Virus record (IMG/VR): IMGVR_UViG_3300017913_001553
Coordinates: 8,027 to 72,026 of that record
Reading direction: 5' to 3' (one strand)
From: a virus
Taxonomy: Duplodnaviria; Caudoviricetes
DNA: 64,000 bases
Under the pieces are notes generated by a model. The model was not told the origin of the DNA, ran no database searches, and was given only the letters and a program-made list of their open reading frames with translations. How positions within the stretch are numbered: position 1 is the first letter of the stretch; each line of letters opens with the position of its first letter. Made by a program: the position numbers and the translations under genes. Below are positions 38,117-47,242 of the stretch, piece by piece.

Positions 38117-39316
38117 ATGAAAATTAAAGATATTATCGGTGGCACAAAAAAGCGTAAACACAGAAATTCAAGAAAACATAGAATTCACCAACGTGATCTT
38201 CATAAAGTTGCAGCATCTGATCTGAAAGAAGCAAAAGGTCGTGAAATTAATCATATTGAAGACCTTGTATTGTTTTATGGATTAGAGGGCACACGCCGCG
38301 CTATTTCAACTCTTAAAAATTTAGAAAATAATCAAGCAGATACAACTATCAAGTGGGATGGATCACCTGCACTTGTTTTTGGTCGCAATGATCAGGGACA
38401 ATTTGTATTGACTGATAAAGGTGGGTTTGCTGCTAAAGGATATGATGGTAAGGTTACAAACCCAAAAGATATGGAACAAATGTTCTTGAATCGTAAGATG
38501 AAAGACCCATCTCCTCAGAAGAAAATTGAACGTCAAGAATTTGCCAGAAGTATGTCAAATCTTTGGTCAACCTTTGAAAAGTCTACACCAGAAGATTTCA
38601 GAGGTTATATGTTTGGTGATTTGATGTATACACAGACACCACAAGTTGAGGATGGTAAATTTGTAATTCACCCAAATACAACAAAGTATCTTGTAAATCC
38701 AAAAAGTGATATTGGTCAAAAGATTGCCAATAGTAAAGTTGGTATTGTTGTCCATTTCAAACAGGATTTGGATGGTGAAAAAACAAAGCCTGATTTTTCA
38801 GGATTTCAGGGTGGCGATTTATTGATCATGCCACCAGTGAGTCCAAATGTTCCTAGTGAAGTTGGCAACTATAACAGTGAATTAGATAAAATTGAAAGTA
38901 ATTTGGGATCAATTTCTAAATTGGACGATTTTTTAAATCCCCCAGCAGAATTAAAAATGAAAGATTTTCAAAACATTCTATATGCTCACGTAAATTCAAC
39001 TGTAAAAACAGGTGACTTGCCTGGCAAAAACTTTATTAATTGGGTTCAAAATAATCCAAAGATTAGCAATCCTAAAAAAGAAAAAATTATTCAGTGGTGC
39101 TCAGAGCACAAAAATGAGTATGAAAATATGTGGCAAATTTTCAATAGTATTTCAGATATTAAAAACAAAATTATTGCTCATATGGATGATCAACCTGCCG
39201 ACATTGAAGCATATACGGATGGTCAGCGTGGGGGTGAAGGATACGTTGTTGGCAAAGATGTAAAACTAGTTAACAGAAGCGGATTTTCTGCAGCAAACTT
39301 CAGGGGTAATCAATAA
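38117..39316 (+). CDS. covalent nucleotidyltransferase / RNA-ligase-like protein (DUF6267-like)
   Basis: KWDGS (motif I), FGDL (III), EGYVV (IV) and KLVNR (V). Confidence 0.6.
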   Translation: MKIKDIIGGTKKRKHRNSRKHRIHQRDLHKVAASDLKEAKGREINHIEDLVLFYGLEGTRRAISTLKNLENNQADTTIKWDGSPALVFGRNDQGQFVLTDKGGFAAKGYDGKVTNPKDMEQMFLNRKMKDPSPQKKIERQEFARSMSNLWSTFEKSTPEDFRGYMFGDLMYTQTPQVEDGKFVIHPNTTKYLVNPKSDIGQKIANSKVGIVVHFKQDLDGEKTKPDFSGFQGGDLLIMPPVSPNVPSEVGNYNSELDKIESNLGSISKLDDFLNPPAELKMKDFQNILYAHVNSTVKTGDLPGKNFINWVQNNPKISNPKKEKIIQWCSEHKNEYENMWQIFNSISDIKNKIIAHMDDQPADIEAYTDGQRGGEGYVVGKDVKLVNRSGFSAANFRGNQ

Positions 39317-39516
39317 TGCTTAGTAAAGAATGTAGACTACATATGGAAGAAGCAGGAATGACACGTTGGCAGCATTTTAAACATGCTATGGGTATTGCAT
39401 TTAAATTAAAGTTGGCAGTGGGTGCGGTATTCATTCATGCTTTCGCGCCAAGGTTTTTTAAAACTTATGCTAGTGATGTTTGTAAACAAATTGCGGAGAA
39501 ACATAATGTCAGATAA
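39316..39516 (+). CDS. small membrane protein (DUF6356-like)
   Basis: H...AG.T..QH...A......L......IHAF.P.FF...AS pattern. Confidence 0.6.
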   Translation: MLSKECRLHMEEAGMTRWQHFKHAMGIAFKLKLAVGAVFIHAFAPRFFKTYASDVCKQIAEKHNVR

Positions 39517-40225
39517 GTATACGCCCGAAAAAGAAGAAAAAGGTCTATCATTCATGCAGGAACTTTCAGAAGCGAGATTGTTTAAAACACGAAATCAAAT
39601 TTCAAATGAAGGTGCTCGTAGTATTTCAGATCATATTTTTGTAAGTATTCTTTCACTTTATATTATGTCAACTGATTATCAATTTAATCCAGTTGCGGTG
39701 AAATATGCGGCAAGAACAAATATGTATGGTGCATATAATCGTCCAAGTCCGAGTGGAACGGATTTATATCAAGCACTTTATAGTGTTCAGCGTCCAGAAC
39801 TTTTTAAGGGACAAGCAAAAGATGATCTTCTTATGGATAAAATTAGAGTTGAACCACAAAAAATTAAGAAACTACTAGATCAGATCAAACATAATAGAGT
39901 AAATTCGTCTACTGTATCTAGTGAACTTTATAGACTTGAAAGAAATCTTAAAATCCAAGACCCAAAACTACGTGCGGCAAGAAGATTAGCACAGAATTGG
40001 GAACAATTAAATACATCACAACGCCAACTTGTGGCAACGCAAATCAATCGTTATTTTATGATGAATGCTATGCGTAGTGATATCTATCCATTGTTCTCTA
40101 AATTTGCTAAGTCACAAAATCTTATTGTTGGTGATAGTAAAAAGGCAGCAATTGGCAAAGCAATTGCTAGAAAAGCAGCAGCATTTGGTGCTGGTTATGC
40201 GTTAGGTAGATCACTAGAACTATAA
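39506..40225 (+). CDS. hypothetical protein, probably virion-internal
   Basis: GGAG RBS; FMQELSEA L-x-E site near the N-terminus. Confidence 0.45.
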   Translation: MSDKYTPEKEEKGLSFMQELSEARLFKTRNQISNEGARSISDHIFVSILSLYIMSTDYQFNPVAVKYAARTNMYGAYNRPSPSGTDLYQALYSVQRPELFKGQAKDDLLMDKIRVEPQKIKKLLDQIKHNRVNSSTVSSELYRLERNLKIQDPKLRAARRLAQNWEQLNTSQRQLVATQINRYFMMNAMRSDIYPLFSKFAKSQNLIVGDSKKAAIGKAIARKAAAFGAGYALGRSLEL

Positions 40226-40227
40226 TA

Positions 40228-40635
40228 ATGAAAAAAGAAATTTATGAAATCTATACTCTTATAGATGTTACTAATACAGGAGATACCAATCCTAAAGGAA
40301 ACTCTAGAGAATATAGACAGCAACAAAATTTACAAACATTTATTCAATCTCTTAGTATGAGAACGCAAATTTTTATACAGAGTGTAGAGGTGGATGAATT
40401 ATCTGCAAAAAAACTAAAATTTGGTAAAGATTTTTCTGGTAAGTTAAGATATTGGAAAATATCATTTTATCCCGATGCGACTGATCCGTGGAGACGAGAC
40501 AAGGATTATTTTTTCCATTTATATTCTGACCTAAGAGGATCGCCGGTGTATACAGAATTAGATGAAATTAGCAATGTAAAGGATTGTATACAATTCACAG
40601 GTTCTGGAAAAAATACATACATTACAAAATCTTGA
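40228..40635 (+). CDS. hypothetical protein
   Basis: Clean ORF in the operon. Confidence 0.55.
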   Translation: MKKEIYEIYTLIDVTNTGDTNPKGNSREYRQQQNLQTFIQSLSMRTQIFIQSVEVDELSAKKLKFGKDFSGKLRYWKISFYPDATDPWRRDKDYFFHLYSDLRGSPVYTELDEISNVKDCIQFTGSGKNTYITKS

Positions 40636-40708
40636 TATTTAATAAATACTAACATAGATTACATTAGTAATTGTGCTCTTGTGAGGCACATTGTGGAGAG
40701 TATATATT

Positions 40709-40993
40709 ATGGCAATGCAACAGTCAAGATTAGAGCGTGAAAATCTAGAGGCACACGTAGATTTGTGTGCAGAAAGGTATCGCGTTTTGGAAGAAAAATT
40801 TAATAGATTAGAGACAAAAGTAGATAATATTGCCGAAACAATGGGAAAAATGGCAGAGAAACAAGCAACAGATAAAGCAGCGGGTAACAAATTGGTAATT
40901 GGTGCGGCAGCAACCGTTATTGCGGGTTTGTTATCAACAATCGTTCTTCTTCTGTTAAATTTACAAACAGTCACACCTATGATGGGACAATAA
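40709..40993 (+). CDS. coiled-coil protein with C-terminal transmembrane helix (XhlA/holin-like architecture)
   Basis: Heptad region followed by hydrophobic LVIGAAATVIAGLLSTIVLLLL; late-type element upstream. Confidence 0.5.
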   Translation: MAMQQSRLERENLEAHVDLCAERYRVLEEKFNRLETKVDNIAETMGKMAEKQATDKAAGNKLVIGAAATVIAGLLSTIVLLLLNLQTVTPMMGQ

Positions 40994-40997
40994 TTTG

Positions 40998-41288
40998 ATG
41001 AAGTTTCTTAATGAATCATATAATACAGTAATGTCGGAAAGCAAAGTAGTATTTGCTAGACGTGGCAAAACTGTAGCACGTAAATTTAGATGCACGGTTG
41101 GTAAACGTAAAGGTCGTGTGGTCTCAAGTCCACAGCAATGTGTTGCGCCAATTGATCTAAAGAAAAGATTTGTTATGAAGAGAACAAAGGCATCGCAAGG
41201 TAAGCGTATGATGCGCAAAGCACAAAGAACGAAAAGAACAAATCCAGCAAGTAAAATTATTGCTAAATTAAACAGGGCGAGAAGATAA
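40998..41288 (+). CDS. highly basic prohead core protein (T4 gp68-like)
   Basis: Arg/Lys-rich; RKAQRTKRTNPAS resembles the gp68 C-terminal motif; FLNES site. Confidence 0.5.
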   Translation: MKFLNESYNTVMSESKVVFARRGKTVARKFRCTVGKRKGRVVSSPQQCVAPIDLKKRFVMKRTKASQGKRMMRKAQRTKRTNPASKIIAKLNRARR

Positions 41289-41764
41289 TGAAAATCCAAG
41301 GCGATTCAATTGTAGATACGGTTATTCAGTTTGCTAAACTACATTTCAATAAAAAACTTGAAGTAGAATATGTTAGTGATCAGATTAAAAAATTATCTTT
41401 TGCTAAAAACTTAGAATTGGTTGACAGCATTAAAAAAGACGATGTTGAAGATTTCCAAAATCTTATTTCACTTCCAGTAGAAGAAGGGTATGGTACAGAT
41501 CAAACAGCAGGAGCAAGCAGAGCAACTGTGAGAGCAGCGACAAATTCTCAAAAAATTGCTGCTAGACGTGCTAATATGACACGTGGTGGTGGAGCAAATA
41601 GAACCACAGCAGGCGCGGGTAATGTAAAACCAACTGGACAACGAACAGCGGTTGATCCCGATGATTCACAAAGAAACGCAAATAGTGATCAAATTAGTGC
41701 GAACACTGCAGAACTTAAAAGTATCGGAGATGTTGTTCGTAAAATTATTTCTAAAGGACGTTGA
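41288..41764 (+). CDS. hypothetical protein with low-complexity Ala/Arg/Thr C-terminus
   Basis: TAATG coupling with the upstream gene. Confidence 0.5.
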   Translation: MKIQGDSIVDTVIQFAKLHFNKKLEVEYVSDQIKKLSFAKNLELVDSIKKDDVEDFQNLISLPVEEGYGTDQTAGASRATVRAATNSQKIAARRANMTRGGGANRTTAGAGNVKPTGQRTAVDPDDSQRNANSDQISANTAELKSIGDVVRKIISKGR

Positions 41765-41766
41765 AG

Positions 41767-41994
41767 ATGAAAGCAGTAGAAGCACCAGGCGGAATTTCTA
41801 TATTTTTAACTAATGATGAGTTTAAGATGTGGGAAGCATTAGGCGAAGAGACGTGTAAATCCAATATGACTGAACGACAGCAATATCTGGCACAATCTTT
41901 GGTAGATAGAGGTGTTGCTAAAAGAAATATCAAAGAAGGAAAGACATACTTTTTTAGAATTAAAAGTAGTCTTGGTGAATGTGGAAACCATTAA
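41767..41994 (+). CDS. small hypothetical protein
   Basis: ORF in the operon. Confidence 0.5.
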   Translation: MKAVEAPGGISIFLTNDEFKMWEALGEETCKSNMTERQQYLAQSLVDRGVAKRNIKEGKTYFFRIKSSLGECGNH

Positions 41995-42010
41995 TTAAGA
42001 GGATACAACA

Positions 42011-42598
42011 ATGCCAACACCAGAAGAAACAAAAGCAATGGCAGACATTCTGGAAAAGTTACAGAATGCTGAACATAGAGTACAACAAGAACCTACGATC
42101 AAAGAAGATGGTACAGTTTTTAATCCCAAAGTTAGTAATGACGCACAGGAAATGTACAATATTCTTAATAAACTTCAAAATGCTACAGAAAGCACGGCAA
42201 AAACGCTTGTCAAGGAAAGTGTTGATGTACAATCTTCTAATGAAAGTTTTGGTGTTGGTGGATTGAATGTTGTTCTTAACAAAACAACAGTTTATGGGTA
42301 TAAAAAGACTTTCTATAACATTACTGAAAATGGTAAAGAACTATATTCAGATATTGCGCTATTTGAAAGCGCAATGGCAATTGTTAAAAATATGCTAAAC
42401 AAAAATGATCAAAATAGAACAAATAAAATCTTGGAATTAGATGCGTCATATGGAAATTATTTGTCAGAGGCGGCAGGTTATAAGCAGCGCACAAAAACAG
42501 TAACAGAATCTGTTAAGAAAGATGTTTATATGGCAAAGCATAATGTGGCATCTGATCGTATGAAAGCAATAAAGACGAAAATTAAATCGTTCCTTTAA
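42011..42598 (+). CDS. hypothetical protein, probably virion-internal
   Basis: GAGG RBS; LVKES and VTES sites. Confidence 0.45.
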   Translation: MPTPEETKAMADILEKLQNAEHRVQQEPTIKEDGTVFNPKVSNDAQEMYNILNKLQNATESTAKTLVKESVDVQSSNESFGVGGLNVVLNKTTVYGYKKTFYNITENGKELYSDIALFESAMAIVKNMLNKNDQNRTNKILELDASYGNYLSEAAGYKQRTKTVTESVKKDVYMAKHNVASDRMKAIKTKIKSFL

Positions 42599-42610
42599 AA
42601 ATCATTTTTG

Positions 42611-42618
42611 TATAAATA
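42611..42618 (+). promoter_or_regulatory. T4-type late promoter
   Basis: TATAAATA. Confidence 0.7.
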
Positions 42619-42669
42619 CATAATATATACAGATGTTATTAACATTTGAAAAATTATGAGGGTAAAAAA

Positions 42670-43428
42670 ATGAATTTAACAGACTTAAAGGATGGTAGTT
42701 TTTCTAAATTAAACAGCACTCTTAAAGAAGTATTTGGTATTCAACTAGATTTCAACAAAGATGCAGGAAAACTAAAAGCAATTAAAGAATCAACAATTAG
42801 GCAAATCGAAAATCTAAGAGATAATGGCATCGATCAATCAAACAGAGATTTTCAAAAACTACTTCTAATTAAAGAAGGTTTAGATTATGCCATTGAAACG
42901 AAAGAAGAAGTTATGGAAACACAAGACCTAGACCAAGCAGAGGTTCTACTAGCAGCAAAACAAATGGCAGATGATCTACAAAAAATGGCAGAAAATCTAG
43001 CAAGTATGCAGGTTGAAGAACTAATGAGTATCACAAACGCAATGAAAGACGAAGTTGGAACAGCAGAAGCAGACGCATTTAACGCAGCAGCAGAAGCGGC
43101 AATTGGTGGCGCACTAGAAGCAGTTAAAGGTGCCAATGAAGCAGTTAATAACGCGGTTCTGGCAGCACAAGGTCAGAATGTAGAAACAGACATGGACATG
43201 GACATGGGCGGCGAAGAACCAGATATGGGTGGTGACGAAATCGAAATGGAACCAGAAATGGGTGATGATTTTGAAGGCGCAGATGCAGCAGACGAAATGT
43301 CAGATGAAGATGGTCGTGAAATGAAAGAAGATGCGTATCTAGCAGCATTGCGTATGATCAAGGAAGCGCAGCAGGATGGTAAAGTAAGCAAGGACCTTCT
43401 AAAGAAAGCATTTGGTACTTTAAAGTAA
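42670..43428 (+). CDS. acidic scaffold-like prohead protein
   Basis: Coiled coil plus a DMDMGGEEPDMGGD acidic linker; late promoter. Confidence 0.5.
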   Translation: MNLTDLKDGSFSKLNSTLKEVFGIQLDFNKDAGKLKAIKESTIRQIENLRDNGIDQSNRDFQKLLLIKEGLDYAIETKEEVMETQDLDQAEVLLAAKQMADDLQKMAENLASMQVEELMSITNAMKDEVGTAEADAFNAAAEAAIGGALEAVKGANEAVNNAVLAAQGQNVETDMDMDMGGEEPDMGGDEIEMEPEMGDDFEGADAADEMSDEDGREMKEDAYLAALRMIKEAQQDGKVSKDLLKKAFGTLK

Positions 43429-43772
43429 TGAGAATTAATGATATCATAGCACCATTGTTTGAAAATGATGTAAAGTCAAGTATCATGGACATGCTGGTAA
43501 CCCTCGCAGCAGAAGATATTGACAGTGTATCAATTGATTCAATTCAAAAAGAACTTTCTATCCAAGGATTGGAAGTTGATCCTGCTATGATATTTGATAT
43601 TGCTGATAATATGGACATTGTTCAAAATATCAAAGATAACGTGGTGTTTTTTGTTACATCTTCTAAGAGTGGACATTATGGAATTCAAAATAAAGAAGGT
43701 GATCCTGAAAAGCAGGATAAAACAATTGATACATTAGCACGTAAGCAAGTTAAAAAAGAGATAAGCAAATGA
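43428..43772 (+). CDS. hypothetical protein
   Basis: Coupled ORF; MRINDIIAPLFEND N-terminus. Confidence 0.5.
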   Translation: MRINDIIAPLFENDVKSSIMDMLVTLAAEDIDSVSIDSIQKELSIQGLEVDPAMIFDIADNMDIVQNIKDNVVFFVTSSKSGHYGIQNKEGDPEKQDKTIDTLARKQVKKEISK

Positions 43773-44383
43773 GTTTTGAGATTAATGCAGCACAAGCAAG
43801 AATGAAAAGTCGTAAAGACTTATATATTTTTGATGAGTGCCAGACTATCATGAGAGCAATTATTGCGGCATCTGAAAATAATGAATATGAAATCACTATA
43901 TCAGATGGCACTGCGATGACTGAAAGTACTCCAGAGCGTAAGTTTGTTGGTAATGTTCAAAATCCTACTATTTCAGTAGGTGACACTCTTATTATAGATG
44001 GTAATACAATTTCTTTAGGGTCTACTGGAACAAATTTGAATAGTATTATTTGTGATATTAATGATGCGAATGTTGATGGTATTGTGGCATCAAAAGAAAA
44101 TGGATACCTAGTTATCACTATCACTGCCAAACAAACAGAGTGGGTAACGGTCATTGAAAATGGTACGGCAAATTCTAGTGTTGGTTTTGTAAATGGAACG
44201 TATTCCATTGATTACCCAGAAAGTGTAAAATTTCATGATGTGTGGCAAGGTGTGGTGACGGATCGTGCGTTATTTAATCAGATGGATCAAGTTGTAAATT
44301 ATTTTAGAAATCTTGGATATAAAATTGAGCGAGTGAGCAATACGCAAACGTCAAAAACATTTAGTTGGTATATATATTGGTAA
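43769..44383 (+). CDS. probable virion structural protein
   Basis: Beta-rich Thr/Ser/Gly middle domain; coupled within a late operon. Confidence 0.45.
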   Translation: MSFEINAAQARMKSRKDLYIFDECQTIMRAIIAASENNEYEITISDGTAMTESTPERKFVGNVQNPTISVGDTLIIDGNTISLGSTGTNLNSIICDINDANVDGIVASKENGYLVITITAKQTEWVTVIENGTANSSVGFVNGTYSIDYPESVKFHDVWQGVVTDRALFNQMDQVVNYFRNLGYKIERVSNTQTSKTFSWYIYW

Positions 44384-44387
44384 TTGT

Positions 44388-45206
44388 ATGAGTAAAAAAA
44401 TAGCATTTATTGGAGATAGTTACTTCAGTATGGAAGAAGACTATTTCGAACAGAAAGATAATCCCAATAATTGGACTTGGTTATTGGCAAAAAAATATCC
44501 CCAACATACATATTATAATTACTCAAAGGGCGGACAATCTATTGAGTATTTTCAAAGAGCGTTGGTTGACGCAAAAAAGAAAAAATGTGATATTGTATTT
44601 CTTGTAAAAAGATTTCCGGGAAGATTGTGGGTAGATTGGCAACCTATAGAAGAAAGAGATTTCGGTGGCACATGGAATCAAGCAGATGTGTCTCAATATG
44701 ATCAAAATTTAAAATACTTTAATATGCTGCCGACTTTTAGCGGTTTTTGGTTAACACCAAGTGATACTGGATTTGGTGGGTCGAGTGGAATGGACTTTGA
44801 TAAAAATAAAAAATTCGCAGAAGAATTTGCAAAATCTTATCGAACTTATATAGCACCTAGTGAACCAAGAACAAAATGGGAGTTAACGTGGTTAAATACG
44901 TCTCACAATATGTATAATTTTGAGAATCTATTTTTGGTAAATTGGAGTTATTCTCGCGCGGGCGGTTACAAGTATCCAGATGAATTATATACAAATCTTC
45001 ATAGTACAGTAGGAGATGTTTTATTTCGTCATTTTCCAGAGAACTGTATAACTGAAAATATGAGAAGAGATTGGACAGAATCTTTATATCGTAGTGGATT
45101 GAGTTTGGCACTAGATGATGACCATCTCACAGATAGGGGTCATGAAATTGTGTGTGATGAACTTATTTTATCAGATAAATCTGTATTAAAAGCATTATCT
45201 TCTTGA
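44388..45206 (+). CDS. SGNH/GDSL hydrolase-like protein
   Basis: IAFIGDSY block I, NYSKGG block II, DDDHL...GH block V. Confidence 0.7.
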   Translation: MSKKIAFIGDSYFSMEEDYFEQKDNPNNWTWLLAKKYPQHTYYNYSKGGQSIEYFQRALVDAKKKKCDIVFLVKRFPGRLWVDWQPIEERDFGGTWNQADVSQYDQNLKYFNMLPTFSGFWLTPSDTGFGGSSGMDFDKNKKFAEEFAKSYRTYIAPSEPRTKWELTWLNTSHNMYNFENLFLVNWSYSRAGGYKYPDELYTNLHSTVGDVLFRHFPENCITENMRRDWTESLYRSGLSLALDDDHLTDRGHEIVCDELILSDKSVLKALSS

Positions 45207-45236
45207 CTTTTTATATCGAACTGATATAATATAGTT

Positions 45237-45917
45237 ATGCCTAATATTACAAAACCTTTTGAGTACAAAGAACTATCACGAAAATCGGTTGATGGTAAGC
45301 GACTCTATGAAAATCCTTGGGGCGATCCTGTTCCAAGTGTTACAACCATTCTTGATAAAACCAAACCACGCGAAAAGCGTGAAGCACTCTCTAATTGGAG
45401 AAAGCGTGTGGGTGAACAAGAAGCAACTAGAATTACTACCGAAGCAGCAAATGTTGGTACGGTAATGCATGCTATCTTGGAACATTATGTTCTTGATCAA
45501 GAATACGATCCAGGAAACAATATCGTTCATAAGCAAGCAAAGAAAATGGCAGCAGAAGTCATTTCTAATATTGATAGTAGTTTAGATGAAGTTTGGGGAG
45601 CAGAAGTTAATCTGTGTTCTCCTGGGTTATATGCTGGCACTGCAGACCTTGTTGGTGTGTGGAAGGGTAAGCCAACTATCATGGACTTTAAGCAAACCAA
45701 TAAACCTAAAAAGCGTGAATGGATTGAAGATTATTTTCTTCAAGGTGCTGCCTATGGAATGGCACACAATGAATTATACAATACGGAAATTGAAAATATT
45801 GCGATCTTTATGTGTAGTAGAGCGGGTGAGTTTCAGTTGTTTGAAGTAACCAAAGATGAATTCCAAGATTGGGAATTAAAATGGGCAAAACGACTACAAG
45901 AATACTATCAACTATGA
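45237..45917 (+). CDS. PD-(D/E)xK exonuclease (RecB/Cas4/MGME1-like)
   Basis: PSVTTIL, GTVMH, AGTADL, MDFK and Y..Q..AY motifs; promoter TTGACT 45203 / TATAAT 45225. Confidence 0.85.
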   Translation: MPNITKPFEYKELSRKSVDGKRLYENPWGDPVPSVTTILDKTKPREKREALSNWRKRVGEQEATRITTEAANVGTVMHAILEHYVLDQEYDPGNNIVHKQAKKMAAEVISNIDSSLDEVWGAEVNLCSPGLYAGTADLVGVWKGKPTIMDFKQTNKPKKREWIEDYFLQGAAYGMAHNELYNTEIENIAIFMCSRAGEFQLFEVTKDEFQDWELKWAKRLQEYYQL

Positions 45918-45953
45918 TAAATACTAACATAATTTAATAAGAAAGTATTTGAT

Positions 45954-46712
45954 ATGGCAACAGAAATTAAAAGACAACGTGTACGTCAGGGTAATTTTAT
46001 TGACTTACCTAACCTAGCATCGGGCGAATTTGGATACGCAGTAGATCAGAATCGTCTATTCATTGGTAATACGGAAATCACGAAACATCAATCAACTGCA
46101 ATGGTTGATGCTGATGGATTTATGGTCTTTAATTTTGGTGTTGACCTTGATAATAAAGATGGCACATTCACACTTTATAAACAAAGTGGTGATGATACAA
46201 ATACAAGAACTATTGTACAGTCAGGTGAGTATGATATAGATAATCTTCAAATCAAGATAAAGCAAGGCAGCCATCTTATTGAAACCCAATCATTAATTCT
46301 TGTTCACAATTCAGAGATTGGTGTAATTGGTGCTGACCAAGATCGTCCAGTTGAATTTAAAGAAATTCTCAATGGAGAAGGTGGAACACTTGTGCAGGTT
46401 TATGTAGATTCAACCAGATCGGATAATTACACAATTAATTATTCTATTAGAACACAGAGTGGCACGAGAATTAGAAATGGTGTTATGAAAATATTCGCAT
46501 ATGATATGGGAGAAACAGCAACAGAAAATAATTATACATTTGTTGAAGAGTTTTCGCAAAATATCTATCCACATGATTCATTGGATATGCAATTTTCTAT
46601 AAATCAAGTAGATGATACATTTATGATTGACTATACAGCAAATACATCTGAAGTAGATACGCAAATTACATTTGTTGTTGAACGCTATAAATCTAATGCG
46701 TATTCAATATGA
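45954..46712 (+). CDS. virion structural protein with Mtd/hyaluronidase-like N-terminal motif
   Basis: LPNLASGEFGYAVDQNRLFIG; ATAAATAC upstream. Confidence 0.55.
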   Translation: MATEIKRQRVRQGNFIDLPNLASGEFGYAVDQNRLFIGNTEITKHQSTAMVDADGFMVFNFGVDLDNKDGTFTLYKQSGDDTNTRTIVQSGEYDIDNLQIKIKQGSHLIETQSLILVHNSEIGVIGADQDRPVEFKEILNGEGGTLVQVYVDSTRSDNYTINYSIRTQSGTRIRNGVMKIFAYDMGETATENNYTFVEEFSQNIYPHDSLDMQFSINQVDDTFMIDYTANTSEVDTQITFVVERYKSNAYSI

Positions 46713-47140
46713 GTTTCTGGCTACTAGATTCATCTTCTAGATTAGCAGATTTCAGAAACTTTAGAATAGAACTTTCTAAAATCTCCAAATTAGAAGAAAA
46801 ACTACATATATTGGTAGAAAAATGGAAATACGTTCCTATTTCTTCCAGAATACTAGACCCATACTCTTCTCATGCGTGGCCATCGCCGTGGGAAATTCTT
46901 TATGAAAATAACTATGATGAAAACGCAATAGCATATATGATGGCTTGTATATTGGAAATGAGCGGAACTACAAGTGAAGTTTTATTTGTTGAAGATGATC
47001 AAAAAACTTTTCAAAAGTTAATTATTTTAGTTGACGACATCTATGTTTTGAATTATAGTTATGGGATAGTTGAAGACAAAAAAGTAATAAAAGAATGCAA
47101 GATATTAGAAAGTTGGAAGAGTTCTACAATTTTAAGTTAA
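46709..47140 (+). CDS. hypothetical protein
   Basis: ATGA-coupled ORF. Confidence 0.55.
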   Translation: MSFWLLDSSSRLADFRNFRIELSKISKLEEKLHILVEKWKYVPISSRILDPYSSHAWPSPWEILYENNYDENAIAYMMACILEMSGTTSEVLFVEDDQKTFQKLIILVDDIYVLNYSYGIVEDKKVIKECKILESWKSSTILS

Positions 47141-47242
47141 AACAGTAGTTTACATGAGAGACATTGACTTAAATAGTTTCACGTTGGCACGAAAACCTCG
47201 ACTAATAATATTCTCTAAGAAAAATAATAATAAGGTATACGT

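Noticed and set aside
45237-45917. Cas4 / CRISPR-associated nuclease
   Set aside because: It is a PD-(D/E)xK exonuclease lacking the Cas4 Fe-S cysteines, with no array nearby; a common phage exonuclease type.
45954-46712. Major tropism determinant as a DGR target
   Set aside because: Only the generic N-terminal motif matches; no variable/template repeat pair or reverse transcriptase is seen.
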